Below, piece after piece: positions 1 through 13,950 of a stretch of 64,000 nt of DNA. Both the position numbers and the translations under genes were made by a program. Source of the DNA: Octopus vulgaris (Eukaryota); NCBI GenBank assembly GCA_951406725.2, contig OX597821.1, forward strand, positions 60,760,001-60,824,000, written 5' to 3'. Positions within the stretch are counted from its first letter, which is position 1. Every line of letters starts with the position of its first letter. The notes under the pieces are model-generated. The model did not search any database. It was not told the DNA's origin and saw only the letters and a program-made list of their open reading frames with translations.

Positions 1-245
1 AATGGAATTTCTTTTCCAGGTACTGAACTGCAAGCCGAATGTCTTGTCCGGGTTTTGTTTTGGTATTGTCCTTATCTCATTTTCCTTTACAACGGCACCG
101 ATCACTTCAAATATCATGGTGTCTGATACCATTACAGTGACATCATCAGCTTATGCCGACATAATTCCTTCGAGTCCCTGTTTGAACACCTCCAGTTTCC
201 GCAGTAGTGGCTTGAGACTGAGTATATACAGCCAAAGCAAATAGT
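1..245 (-). pseudogene. L1/Tx1-type LINE reverse transcriptase fragment (inactivated)
   Basis: Minus strand reads LYILSLKPLLRKLEVFKQGLEGIMSA*ADDVTVMVSD. This matches the L1/Tx1 RT LxxxxLEPLL...SAYADDVTV region, with the catalytic YADD Tyr codon changed to TAA. Confidence 0.75.
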
Positions 246-1339
246 CAACGATTCCGATTCTTTGTCTACGATGATACACAGATCTGGAATGACACCGTCG
301 TCTTAACGATCCTAAGGAATTGTAAGTGCATGCTGGTCTATCTCAACTAGATGTAGTTCTTTGTCATTTCTAAGCATCCCTCCCGTCAATATTACTCTAT
401 AAAGGTGACAATGAGTGATGAGATCAGCGTCTTTGTCAAAATTCTCGACCGTCACTTTTGTGTTACGTGGACCATGTACTAATGTATGTTCGCGAAAGTA
501 TCGTAAGCATTGTCATGTCGATAGTATCGAAAGTATCGTAAGCATTGTCATGTTGCTAGGTCATAAGCCAGTCATAAAATCCTGTAAGTCAATATTCTGA
601 GGATAAAGAGAAACTTTCGTTTACTTTGTAAAGAAAAAGAAATTAGCTAGTTTATTCTTTGTCGGCTCTTGAACAAGTACTTCGGGTAAGGATACAGACA
701 CCATTTTACCACAACAAACTCGAACTGAACTCTGTCTCTATACAAAATTTTTCTGTTGTTTTGTGACAGAAGCAAAAGATAAATAATTGTTGTTATTGTG
801 ATTCTCTCTGTTCGAATTTTATCTAGTACTTTTTGTGAGTGTTATGTCGCAATGTGTATTTTTCAGTGAAAATTCCTCTTTTTAAAAAGTGCAAACGGCT
901 GCGTCAGTTTGTTTGCAAGACTTTTGCTTCTCTTTACTTTTCTGCTGAACATCATAAAATAATACAAAAGTAATCTTATTTTCTATTCTTTGACAAAATT
1001 GTATTGTGTAACTATTGTGAAGACAATATCACTGTTTGTACTTAGAATTCTATAACCTTTAAGGTTAAATGCGAGGGCACAAATCTTCACCTTTATTAGT
1101 TCATATTGCAATATGAACTGAAATAGTTATCTTCGCGTAGTTGATCTCGTGCTTGCTTTCTCTCATACAAAAATTTCAAACATCATAACGAATATTTGTT
1201 GCCGACAACCAAAACGACAAAATCGGTTTCTTTATCTTTCTCACTGTTAGACAAGTTCAAGGCTCGAAACGTTAGATATTCCCCACGGCAATGTGAATTA
1301 TCAAAGTCATAAAGTCATATCTGAACTCTCTCTCTCTCT

Positions 1340-1370
<31 letters not shown>

Positions 1371-1622
1371 TGACGTCATGATGGTGCGTGAATGAAATAT
1401 GTTATAAATAGTTTAATAGATTATAGAATTTCGTGTTAGACATATTTTTGATCTTTTAAAAAGAATTCGGTATTGTGCACTGCTCCGATCTCCGATAAAA
1501 TATTTGAGAATACTTTCTACTAAAATAAAGATACTTTCGATCTCTTGAAGCCAGTAGATAAATCGAGATTGCTATGTAATTGCGGGTAAGTGGTCCCTCA
1601 AGAAAAGATGAAAAAAAAAAGA

Positions 1623-1659
<37 letters not shown>

Positions 1660-1822
1660 TAAAAGTTGAATAACAGCACTAAATATCTGGAAATATTTAT
1701 TTTCACTAGGTATTTTCGTAATAGACAAATCGGAATTTTAAACTCTAAAGAGAACATCGTGCATCGCTTTTCAAGCGGTTCGATATTTCACAATCAAACT
1801 TAATATATTAAGTTATTATCAT

Positions 1823-2352
1823 GGCGGCGAGCTGGTAAAAGCGTTAGCCTCCAGACAAAATGCTTAGCGGTATTTCGTCTGCCGTTACGTTCTGAGTTCA
1901 AATTCCACCGAGGTTGACTTTGCCTTTCATACTTTCGATGTCGATTAAATAAGTACCAGTTACGCACTGGGGTCGATATAATCGACTTAATCCGTTTGTC
2001 TGTCTTTGTTTGTCCTCTCTGTGTTTAACCCCTTGTGGGTAGTAAAGAAATAGGTATTTCGTCTGCCGTTACGTTCTGAGTTCAAATTCTACCGATGTCG
2101 ACTTTGCCTTTCATCCTTTCGGGGTCGATAAATTAAGTACCAGTTACGCACTGGGAACGATATAATAGACTTAATCCCTTTGCTAGTCCTTGTTTGTCCT
2201 CTCTGTGTTTAGCCTCTTGTGGGTAGTAAAGAAATAGGTATTTCGTCTGTCTTTGCGTTCTGAGTTCAAATTCCGCTTAGGTCGACTTTGCCTTTCATCC
2301 CTTCGGGGTTGATAAATTAAGTACCATTTGAACACTGGGGTCGATCTAATCG
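1823..2352 (+). mobile_element. tRNA-derived SINE family A, trimeric (head + three body units)
   Basis: Head ggcggcgagctgg, B-box-like gttctgagttcaaattcc, and the core gactttgcctttcatcctttcggggtcgataaattaagtaccag repeated three times (units 2 and 3 start at ~2053 and ~2238). Many dispersed copies in the window. Confidence 0.9.
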
Positions 2353-2488
2353 TTTAGTAAATCAAGACACCGGCAAACTTTCTACGTAGGTCTAGTGGCG
2401 ACAGGGAAAGAGGTTGCTGCCGGAAAACTTCCGCTTTGGCTCTGAACGCAGGCAGCCATTAGGTGAAGATCGTTTCCCACAGCCTTAC

Positions 2489-2561
2489 ATGGTGCAGCTA
2501 TGTCTTGTTGAATTCTCATTCATCGAAGCGACGGGAAAGAATTCATCAACTGCTTGATTAA
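2489..2561 (-). CDS. candidate internal exon of an unidentified minus-strand gene (xNQAVDEFFPVASMNENSTRHSCTx)
   Basis: Acceptor actaactttgcttcag with a CTAAC branch-like site, donor CAT|GTAAGG, one open frame. No homology recognised. Confidence 0.25.
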
Positions 2562-3092
2562 CTGAAGCAAAGTTAGTTACAATAAGACAATGAAAACAAA
2601 TATAGATGTGAAAATGTATATCGTACATTCTATCAGTTCATTGTAGTTGAAATCTACTAATGGTTGTTAGCTGACTCCCTGCAAAGAGTGTTTTTTTATA
2701 GTTTTGTTAGTGAAGTGGGAACTGAACACTTATGACATGTCAAAATTAGAGAAAATAAATAAAATATGGGAATGGAGAAAACAAGATTCATCAGGTGCTG
2801 TCCCTCCAGTGACCAGCGAGCTTGTGCACAGTTTCCACCTACATTGTTTCACAAGACTTGGGCCAACTCGAAATCTGAATGAGACAACTGGGCGTTAACT
2901 ATTTGGCGCAGTTGGCTGGACTCAGTCGCAGTACATTTTGGCACTAGAGACGAAGGCGCATGCAGGCGCGCGAGCGGGCACAGAAATATACGCATTTAGC
3001 TAGAACGAGTGGGAGAGGGACATCATATATAGAAACATAACTAAAAGCTCACATGCATAAACAGATTAGAAAGGAAGAAAGAAAGAAAGAGG

Positions 3093-3138
<46 letters not shown>

Positions 3139-3892
3139 AAAGAGAGATATAGATAGATAGATGGATAGAAAGAGAGATGGATAGAAAGAGAGAGAAAGAG
3201 AGAGAGAGAACAAGGTAAACATTATATGATTTTAAATGAGCTAGCGACGTATCAGAGTCGCCAAATGGGCGGCTCCAAAACGGCTGTACCATAACGTCTC
3301 ATATTCAACCGAAATATGGTAAAAGACATTTGGCCAATGCGTAACACGGCCTGCCTGGTTTTAAAAAGTCGTTAAAAGAACACCTGGGAAAAACTACAAT
3401 TGACTAGCGCTCTGTTTGGATGGAGAATTCATCTTCCTATTTAGCGTTAAAAAACAACGGCAACAACAACAGCAACGACAAAGAAACTGGATTGAAGCCT
3501 TTGTCCTATTTACCTGCGATATTCATGAAATGGTTAATTTGAAAAGATAATTTTGATATAGAGTTGATTCATTTGGCATCTCAATTTCAACATTATTATA
3601 TTGCAGGTCACAGTGACTTCTTCAACAATCCATTTAATCTTACTCATATTTTAGAATTTCAAGAGAAGGTCTTTACAACAACATCTCTATTGTACAGCCA
3701 GAGCCGACCCGTATTATTTAGTCTAAATATGCAACATATATTTAAACATCATTAGCAATAAATAATGTGGGAGACAAAAATAACCGAACAAGACAAAAAA
3801 AAAAGCAATTATCATTATAAATATTAAAACGATGTAAGTTTGTTCTCTTACGACTACCACCATCGCTTTCTTCCTCCCTACTTATAACTCTC

Positions 3893-4020
3893 ACCACGAC
3901 CACGACGACCACCACGACGACCACCACGACGACCACCACGACGACCACCACGACGACCACCACCACTACCATCATCATTATCATCACCATCACCATTATT
4001 ATTATTATTATTATTATTAC

Positions 4021-4080
<60 letters not shown>
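3893..4080. repeat. compound trinucleotide microsatellite (ACC/ACG)n-(ATC)n-(ATT)n
   Basis: Directly visible tandem repeats. Confidence 0.95.
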
Positions 4081-4081
<1 letters not shown>

Positions 4082-4732
4082 TTCCTGTTCTGGAATTTGT
4101 ATTATTTAATCTACAAAATGTGGTATTAACACTTCTGTAGGCTTGAATCGTCGTCAATGTAAAAGACAAAGAAAACACATAGAGAAAATATAAACAGATC
4201 TACACACACACACACACCCAAACACATACACACACAGAGAAGCATACAAAATACACACACGTCCAGCTATAGACACAAATGCATACACAAGTAAAACATT
4301 AACAGGAATTCATATAGAAACACTGTAATAGGCAAGCATACACACACACACACGCACATACACACACGCACACACACGCACACACACACACGCACACACA
4401 CACACATAGATGAAAACGAGCGAGCTTAGTAAGACTGAACCGAAGCCCCTGGCACTACCGACAATGACAGGGGGCGGTTCCATCATTCGCAATAATGATG
4501 GAGGGGCTAAGCACTCTTATATCTTTTCCTTTTATTTATTTACGACACAAAGGGCTCCAAACCAATTTTGTTGTCATATGAAATTTTACGTGTCCGTTGT
4601 GGTTAAAAGGGTACAGCCTCTAAATATTTTACTAAATACATGAATTGAACGAAAAATTCCAATTATGCAGGTAAATCGTTACTTCTTTACCCGAATTTCA
4701 TCCTTTATTCCCCCCACCTCGCTCTTTTTTGT

Positions 4733-4766
<34 letters not shown>

Positions 4767-5371
4767 AAAAAACTTACGAAAAATACTAAAAGATTAGAAA
4801 GACTAAAGAAAAATGTGCTCGTATGAAATTATGAGACGAGAAACTTTGAGAACATCCGGGTTGCGAACAAGGCTATAATGTCCTTGATAAGTTGTGATTA
4901 TCGTTGTGCTGTATTTAAGGAAGCTGGTCACAGCGAGTGGATATCACATCGGTCACAATAAGACGACTGCTTCACAAATATTATCATCTTATATTTGGTA
5001 TGTAATCACTTTTTTATATTTCACTGATAGCCTTCCTATACCAATTGACAGAATTGATAATGTTATATAAATAATGTTGCATAACTGAAGCATTATCTGT
5101 TGCATCATACACACTCACACATAAAGAGACACATATATAATATGCATGCATATATAGCCATATATCATACAAACGCGCATACACACATATGTTCCGTAGG
5201 CGATGTTACAGCATTTTTTTCACGTCTTGTCTTCCATATCACGTATATGTTTTTACAAGATCACCCAAAACATGATGTAGAGTTTATACTTATTGAGAAC
5301 CAGTTCGTGTTTTTGTATTTTTTTCGCTGATACAAGGAGTGTTCGTATATGTACGATCACTCAAATAGTGC

Positions 5372-5374
<3 letters not shown>

Positions 5375-5408
<34 letters not shown>

Positions 5409-5509
5409 CACATACATATACACAGACACACACACACATATATACACATACATCACACGCATTCATATGTATATATAGGTTTATATATATATATATATAT
5501 AGATATACA

Positions 5510-5570
<61 letters not shown>

Positions 5571-5725
5571 GTGGTCACATGTCAATATGAATCTATCTAT
5601 CTATCTATATATATGCATGTATGTATATATATATATTTATATATATATATATTCATAAATATATTTTAGCTATACATATAAGTATATATATGTATGAGCA
5701 TAAATTTATTTTTGTGTATGTATGC

Positions 5726-5769
<44 letters not shown>

Positions 5770-5860
5770 GCATGTATGTATGTATGTATGTATGTATGTA
5801 TGTATGTATGTATGTATGTATGTATGTATGTATGTGTGCGTGTGTGTGAGTGTGTGTGGT
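5375..5860. repeat. compound (TA)n/(CA)n/(TATG)n microsatellite tract
   Basis: Directly visible. Confidence 0.95.
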
Positions 5861-6441
5861 CTCCTACGTCGTAAACTATAATACATTTCTGAAAATTATA
5901 CGACTCTCTCCAATCAGCACTCAATACATCACTATAATGATGTTTCGTGCAGAAATCATTTGAACACACGAGCATATCTTAAAAAAGCAAAGCAATGTAA
6001 AACAATATATATCGAAAAACAAACAAAACATCGGAAAAAACAAACAAAAATTCTCCATGAATTTGCTGACAATATCTGTAGAAATATAATAGAAAAATAA
6101 TAGATGAAATATTATCAGGGAGAATCAGAAAGCGTTTCACAAATCTGTTTTATAAAAGTTAAGTGGCTGAAAGCGTTTTTAATGTTTAGGGGTATTAAAA
6201 CGCTGAAATAGGATCAAATATGGCTTGAAAGAAAAAAAAACAACTGATTGTTATCATAAGCAAAAAGTCTCCATATTTAGTGAATGGGGAAGAGCATAAG
6301 TGATTACATAAACCAAGAATTTATATTAATTTTGATTTTATATAATCTAATTTTGTAAACATATATCGTGATTCCTTACAGGCTTTCAAGACCCCCAATC
6401 ATACACATGCACACATTCATACATAATATACATACACACTC

Positions 6442-6556
6442 ATGTATGTATGTATGTATGTATGTATGTATGTATGTATGTATGTATGTATGTATGTATG
6501 TATGTATGTATGTATATATGTATGTATGCATGTATGTGTGTGTGTATATCTATCAT

Positions 6557-6641
<85 letters not shown>

Positions 6642-6648
6642 ATATATC
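6442..6648. repeat. (TATG)n-(TATC)n microsatellite
   Basis: Directly visible. Confidence 0.95.
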
Positions 6649-7151
6649 TGATTATTTATCTAAGTACATATGCTTCTAAGTATGTATTTATGTCTCTATT
6701 AGTGCAGTTAATTGTTCTTCCCCTATTAAACTCTGTAATGTCTTATATTCCACTCAGCTATTTAGCAAGGATTCCCCTCCCCAACTTTCTCATGATTTCC
6801 GAAAACATGCACCAGGTATTCCTGCTTATTTCGATTAAACTGATGAGTTTGGCAGGGTTGTTAGAGCATCAGGTGAAATGCATTGTCGCGTGTACTGCGG
6901 CCCCTTGTGTCCAGAGCTCAAATACTAACGTGGTCGGTGTTACCTTTTATCCTCCTAGCGAGAATGTTAGAGGTTCATATACAATGCATTGCTTTGTTTG
7001 TTTCAGCTCTTTGCGTGCTAAGTTAAATTCCCACTGTGGCCTACTTTCATGATATTCATAATCCACCTCCCGAATTACCGCCATCACCCGGCACTTTAGG
7101 TAGACCAAGCAGAATGCAGTTCTTCCCTACCAGCTACGTTGGAGGCTCTGT

Positions 7152-7370
7152 AAGGTGGCGAGCTGGCAGAATCTTTAGTTCGTCGGGCGAAATGCTTAGC
7201 GGCATTTCGTCCGTCTTTACATTCTAAGTTCAAACTCCGCCGAGGTTGACTTTGCCTTTCATCCCTTTGGGGTCGATAAAATAAGTACCAGTTGAGAACT
7301 GGGGTGTATGTTATCAACTTGCCCCTGCTTCAAAATTGCTGGCCTTGTACCAAAATTTAAAACCAATATT
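7152..7370 (+). mobile_element. SINE family A copy
   Basis: Same head and core as 1823-2052, with the alternative tail aaaattgctggccttgtaccaaaatttaaaaccaat. Confidence 0.88.
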
Positions 7371-8338
7371 GGAGGTCCTTAAAACGCCATTGGTGGCCCA
7401 TTTGAATGATAGTTTTAAGGCTGTTACCCGGTATAAAACCTTCATCCGGCACTTTGTGTGGAATTCATACAGTTGCAAGATTTCCAGTCAAGTCTCTGCC
7501 ATAAGGATAACTTACCCAGCCATCTCACCAGTCTCCGAGTCTCTATGAAGATCCATGGGTACTAAGAGACGCTCTTAACTAAAAGATGAAATCGGATCTG
7601 TAAGATGATTTTGTCCAACATAAAATAAAGTAAACCTAACGTTTGCATCTCTTCATGCAAGGGAGTTAATTTGTGACATACGTTTTAAAGAATCACTTTC
7701 GTGAGAAATAATTTACATCAGTATACATTGTAAGGTAAGTTAAAATGTCTGTATCATTTAAAATCTAATAGTTATCTGCTTATAGACAGCCAATTGTCAG
7801 AGTCAATTAGAGTGCTTTGCCGTAATCGTAGCTTCTGTGTTTAAATTCTTCCAAGATCCACTTTAGTTTTCATCCTTTTGGGATAAATAAATAAAGTACT
7901 AACCGGGTGCTGATAACGATTCTTATCTTTCTCTCACTTTTCTTGCTTGTCTGTGCCTCTTTTTGAAGAAATTGGCTGTGGACAGACCTTGGGAGGGATG
8001 GGTTCCGCTAGGTCAAAATAATGCTTAAAGCATGCCGAAATTCCCGACGTTGCCCCACCCCAAACTCCAGCATAATCTGAAGGTCCAAATAAGACAAAAA
8101 AAAAAAAAGAAGTTAACTGTTTGTACCTTTATTGAGTTTCTCACTCTGTTTAAATAGAATCTGATAGCAAGTTTATGCGATGGATGTGAGATGCGAGAAG
8201 TAGACATCTTCAACACATAAGTATATATTTAGAACAATACCAGTATCAACTTGCCTATTGTGAATTAGTCATATATTGCAAGCAAATGCACCACATGTTA
8301 AAACAGTGTTTTACTTTAAAATACTATCAAGACATGTG

Positions 8339-8661
8339 AAGGCACGTGATTAGTGATTAGGGGTATTCAGCTCGCGATGGTAAGGTCGTGATTTTGATCC
8401 CCGGCAGCACGCTGTGTCCATGAGCAAGATACTTTATTTCACGCTGGTGCAGTCCACTCAACTGGCAAACATGAGTAGTACTTATGTTTCGAAAGGGCTA
8501 GCCTTATCACATCCTGTGTCACGCTGAATGTCCCTGAGAACTACAATACGGGTACGCTTGTCTGTGGAGTGTTCAGCCACTTGCACGTTAATTTCACGAG
8601 CAGGCTGTTCCGTTGATCGAATCAACTGGAACCCTCATCGTCGAAACCGACGGAGTGCCGC
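8339..8661 (+). mobile_element. tRNA-derived SINE family C
   Basis: tRNA-like head (tagtgattaggggtattcagctcgcgatggtaaggtcgtgattttgatccccgg) followed by a gtgtccatgagcaagatacttt CORE/V-like box. A degenerate relative lies at ~38400-38560. Confidence 0.65.
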
Positions 8662-8737
8662 GGACTCTCAAGACAAAACCTCACAGTATTCTACTCACTT
8701 AAACTATGCTTTGACATGCATAATAATTATATTCACT

Positions 8738-8953
8738 AAGGCGGCGAGCAGGCAGAATCGTCAGCACGCCGGACAAAATGCTTAGCGGCATTTCGTCCGT
8801 CTTTGCGTTCTGAGTTCAAATTCCGCCGAGGTCGACTTTACCTTTCCTCATTTCGGGGTCGATAAAATAAGTACCAGTTGAACACTGGGGTCAATGTAGT
8901 CGACTTATCCCTTCCTCGGAATTGCTGGCCTTGTGCCAAAATTTGAAACCAAT
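8738..8953 (+). mobile_element. SINE family A copy (a degenerate second copy follows to ~9160)
   Basis: Full head, core and tail matching the other copies. Confidence 0.9.
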
Positions 8954-9297
8954 ACTTTTAATTACTACTTGCTAAACCAATGACACATTTCTCATTTCTT
9001 GCATTACATGCTCAACAGAATTTCTTACGGCTTCTTATGCTCTGAGTTCAATTCAGCCAAAGTCAGAATTTACCTTTCATCTCTTCGGAGTCGATAACAT
9101 GAAGTACCAGTCAAGTATGGGGATCGATGCAATCAACGTGCCCCTTCTCCTCGAAATTTCGATCCCTGAAACCTGTCACGGATGGGGCTCGTTGTGGGGA
9201 ATGTTGTGATCTCGGTCTCGTATACGCCTTGGAAACCGGGTAACCGACCTTTTGCATTCTTGGGCTTGAGAAAAAAAAACATTAAGAAATTATCTAA

Positions 9298-9645
9298 GGA
9301 TGGATGTGGCTGTGTGACAAGAAGTGTGCTTCTCAACCACATAGTTCCAGGTTTAGTCTCACTGCATGCACCTTGGGTAGGTGTTTTCTACTATAGCCTC
9401 GAACAGACCAAAGCCTTGTGAGTGGGTTCGGTAGACAGAAACTTAAAGAAGCCAGTCGTTATAGGTGTGTGTGTGTGTTTGATTGTCCCCCACTGCTGCT
9501 TGACAACGGGTGTTAGTTTTGATTATGTCCCCGTAACTTAGCGGTTTGGCAATAAGACACCGATAGAATAAGTACCAGGCTTAAAAGATTTAACTCCTAA
9601 GGTCGATTTGGCCTCGGTCAAATGACTGAAACAAGTAAAAGATAA
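9298..9645 (+). mobile_element. SINE family B copy (tRNA head, internal microsatellite)
   Basis: Aligns with 34721-35182: gcaccttggg...actatagcctcg...gaccaaagccttgtgagtgg, then (TG)n, then aaatgactgaaacaagtaaaag. Confidence 0.85.
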
Positions 9646-10472
9646 CAGACAATATTACTGTGAGATGCGGCAACAACGTCATTAAAATTGAAGTAGAAAT
9701 GACATTGAGAGAAAATTGAATTTTTGAAGAGCAAAGCTGTTTGGTTGAGTTATGCAGATATATAGAAATGTAAATTGGTTGAGATGGAAGGAAAAAAACA
9801 GCTGAGTTGCAGAAACTTTGGTTTTCTGAAGAAAAGTTTCAAAACTAAAAGAAATACTAAGTATATATAGCTCTTAAACTTTAAAAATCGTTAAACAAAA
9901 AATGAGAAATATTTATGTTCTTGTCAAAATAAGGTTAAAGAAGAAATGTCAAATTAGTATTTGGATTATTATAAAGTTGAACTTAAATTAATAGGTGAAA
10001 TTGAACGAAAAATATTAATTTAATAAATAATATATACTTGATTAGATTTTTTATTTAAATTCAAAAACAAAGCTAGTTAGACCACAATTTACAATAGTTG
10101 TCCTTTGTGACGACATACTGTTTATATATTTTATCATTTACTTGCTTCAATCATTGGACTGCGACCATGTAGTTATAACTTTAATGATATTTTCTCCATT
10201 TAATTTTCTTTCGAGCCTCATCCTAATTCTCCTCTTGTACTCTTTAGTTACTTTTTCATGCCCTCTTTCATTATCTTATCGTCTTGCAACACTCTTAGAT
10301 ATTTGCGCGCCTCTTTATTTCATAGTGATCTAATGATGTTGTCTTGTGGTAATTTTATGCCATCAGAACTTACCTTCCAGCCTCTCTTTATAATTAACAC
10401 TGCACACGTATTTACCCCAAACTGCATTCTTTCATTAAACTACATTCTTTCAATAAACCACGTTGTTTCGTC

Positions 10473-10473
<1 letters not shown>

Positions 10474-10503
<30 letters not shown>

Positions 10504-10657
10504 CTTCTTCTTCTTCTTCTTCTTCTTCTTCTTCTTCTTCTTCTTCTTCTTCTTCTTCTTCTTCTTCTTCTTCTTCTTCTTCTTCTTCTTTTTTTTTTTC
10601 TTCTTCGTCTTCTTCTTCTTCTTCTTCTTCTTCTTCTTCTTCTTTTTCTTCTTCTTG
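10474..10657. repeat. (CTT)n microsatellite abutting the 3' end of the LINE
   Basis: About 60 CTT units; reads (AAG)n on the LINE strand. Confidence 0.95.
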
Positions 10658-11950
10658 CCAAGTGCTTCCTGATATCTAGGGCAGACAGACGCACTGTATA
10701 CATTGTTAGGCCATTAAAATAAACATACCAGATTGTTCATTTACAAAGCCATGTGTTAGATAAAAAGGGGAAGGAAGACAAAGAGAAAAAGGAAAAAATA
10801 AAAAATAAAGACAGTAAACAAAGTAAATAAAGGGGAAAAAGGGAAAGAAAATTCGCGACGACAATGCTCCTCTCAGTACGTGTAACGTACCAGTTAAGAC
10901 AATATTTTGCACTTCTTGCATGGATGTTAAGCCAGGTATCATTCCTAATAATATTCAGTTCCGTTTCTGATCATTCCAACTTTTCTTAAAATCACTGGTA
11001 TTGTAACCACCTTAAGATGCCGCATCTTTTCGATTTCGATCAGCAAATCTTTATATATTCTTTTGCCGAGATATTATGGTCACAGGTTATGCTTATGGTA
11101 ATCAATAAACGGACTTTATTGTTTTGGTCATTCACAACAATATCTGGCTTATTTGCCTTGACTGTCAGGTCTGTACATACTGGAAAGTCTCAAAGAATAG
11201 TTATAGTTTCTCCCTCAGTTACAGCACCAGGGTGGTGCTTGTATTATTTGTCAGCAGTTTTGATTTTATAATGCCGACACATTATCCGATGTAGATATTG
11301 GCTAACTCTGTCATGTCTTGATTTGGACTCTGTAGATGCTAAAACCTTTTACCCAGAGATTAAGTGTGATTCACTGTTTCAATCCCTTCGTTGCAGTATC
11401 GGCACTTTGGGTCCACACCGTTTTTCATTACATTGGCTTGATAGTTCCAGGTCAATAATCTCTGATTTTCGGCAGCCAATATAAAGCCTTCACTCTCTGC
11501 CATTAGCACTGAGCTCCGTAGCCACAGATGAGTTTGCTTCTGGTCTAAATCAGCTTGTTTGCTACGGGCTACAATATTTGTCATGCAGAGGTTTTTGTTT
11601 CCACCTGTTATCGTTGTTATTGATTTCACCTGTTTGCTTCGTTATCGATTTCACCTTCTTTGCAGCTGCAGTTGCCGCAATTCCATCATGCTGTTCAACC
11701 TGGGTATTATGCACAAACTCACTTGAAATTTTTTGTTCTCTTTCATAATAGAACGAAGCTTCTTATGTCTTTCATGGTTTTCAAACAGAATGAAACTTCT
11801 TACGTTTATCATGGTTTCCAACGAGCTTTAGCATCTAGTCGTTTGATGCTTCAAGATATTTTGCCAGTCCAATCCCGGTGGCTTTGTAAGAGATTTCAAA
11901 TTGGATCAAGCCTCGACCTCCTAGAGATGTGGGTAGGTAAAGACGATCAG
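10658..11950 (-). mobile_element. 5'-truncated RLE-type LINE (R4/Dong-like), degenerate
   Basis: Minus-strand peptides, with stops and frameshifts: DRLYLPTSLGGRGLIQ; ESEGFILAAENQRLLTWNY; CCHC finger CRYCNEGIETVNH; RHDRV; ANKPDIVV (PD-(D/E)xK nuclease); C-terminal EVQNIVLTGTLHVLRGALS. Confidence 0.9.
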
Positions 11951-12043
11951 AGCGCTCAGTTTTGTTTGCTCTGGTTGGTTCTGTGAGAGCAAACGGCACC
12001 CTGTTGTGAGAGGTCTCACAGGGTCACTTTACGCATATCATAA

Positions 12044-12092
<49 letters not shown>

Positions 12093-12336
12093 CTAAATCA
12101 TTTGTCTCTGTTTCCAATGCATTCTCAAACGGCTCAACCAACCAAATCAAATTTTACATTGTAGTACTATCACACCCCATGAGTATCAACATATAATTTG
12201 GGGAGTAAAGCAATGCAACATTGGCCCTGGTTTCGTATTACGTCTCAAAACTCGAAAAATAAAAGGGGAAGAATAACATCTATATTGTAATGTGATATAT
12301 TGTTTCACTTTCATACTTTTACTTTTAATTCTAACC

Positions 12337-13950
12337 ACATTTTGTATTGGACTGTGTATCTGTTTGTGAATGTATGTGGGTGAGTGTACGAGTGCGTATA
12401 TGTCTCACAGTCTGTGTGTCTTTCCGCGTTAGGTACATTATCCAACACACTATATGTATGTGAGGGCTGGTCAGTGTCAGTACAAAATTTTATTTTCATT
12501 TCGATTAAAACAATATAACATTTCACAGAGATAATCTTTCTTTTTACGGAAATGTAGTTGCATTGTAAGTGACTTGATCCGAGATCGTGTGCTTGGAACT
12601 TATATATACATACAACCTTCGACAGAGTAACAGTTATATATACAACATGAACACACAGTACATAAGTATATATTTATATGTAAATACACATATACACACA
12701 TGTAGACACGTCTACATATTTATATACGTAAATGCTCACACATATAGATACATACATACATATATACATTCATACATACATACATACATACATACATACA
12801 TACATACATACATACATACATACAGGAGCCTTGGATCTAAGTTAGAAACCGGTTCTTTCTCTATTGGCAAGAAATCTTGGAATAAACTGAATAATGACAT
12901 ATATTACATACGTATATGTGTATATGCATGCGCATTTACACATTTATATACATACATGCATACATACATACACACACACATATATTATGAACTGACTGTT
13001 ACTTTCTCAGACACAGCACGGAGTTTTGTCAGTGAACAGGCTGCGCTTTCAAAGTGATGAAAATATTTTTACACGTATGAAATTGAAATGTTGGAGTGAA
13101 ACTAACGGTGTTTGTATATTCTTCAATGGCTTACAAACATTTTCTACGCTGCAATCTTTCTATTGTCAATAGGACATTTTGTACCACGACGACAACGACA
13201 TCACATTTTTATAAGACTATGTATTTGTCTGTGAGTATATGTGTGTAAGTTTGAGTGTGTATATGCCTCATAGTGTGTGTTTTCCGCGTTAGGTACGTTA
13301 ATGAACGCACACATCTGCACATACATATACATATGTGACGAATGACGAGGACAAAACGTCACATTTTGTATATGACTGTGTATTTATCTGTGAATGTATG
13401 TGTGTGAGTGTATCAGTGTGTATATGTCTCACAGTGTGTGAATGTGTCTTTTCGCGTGAGGTACGTTATTAAGCATATTATATATATATGCGAAGGTTGG
13501 TTAGCGTCAATACAAAATTATATTTTCAATTCCATTTTCTCATTTCGATTAAAACAATGTAACTTGTTATAGAGACAATCTTTCTATTGTCAACAGGACA
13601 TTTTATACCACGACGGCAACGGTATCATATTTTGTATATGACTGTGTATCTGTCTTTGAATGAATGTGTGTTAGTGTATGAGTGTGTATATGTCTCATAG
13701 TGTGTGTTTCCGCGTTAGGTACGTTACTAGATATACACACATATATCTACATACATATATATATATGTAACGACTGACATGCGTGAATATCTATGTGGCT
13801 GTCTTAGTATGTGTATGCGAGTGTATGTCAAGAACATTTAATACCACAATGACGAAGACGATGTCACATTTTGTATATGGGTATATATGGGTCTGTGAGT
13901 GTTTATGTTTCCGCGTTACGTACGTTATTGAACACTCACACATATACACA
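12337..13950 (+). repeat. degenerate ~170-260 bp tandem repeat, ~5 units
   Basis: The motif cacattttgtatatgactgtgtat...ttccgcgttaggtacgtta recurs near 12420, 13280, 13450, 13705 and 13910. Confidence 0.8.
12825..12900 (+). mobile_element. short 3' end of a (CATA)n-associated RLE LINE
   Basis: ggagccttggatctaagttagaaaccggttctttctctattggcaagaaatcttgg sits between CATA repeats. It matches the reverse complement of 57861-57930 and resembles the 3' UTR at 58030-58090. Confidence 0.65.

Noticed and set aside
1823-1910. tRNA genes at SINE heads
   Set aside because: Only A/B-box-like remnants, no cloverleaf, and always fused to SINE bodies.
12337-13950. CRISPR-like repeat/spacer array
   Set aside because: The spacers are homologous to each other, the units are degenerate, there are no cas genes, and the context is eukaryotic.
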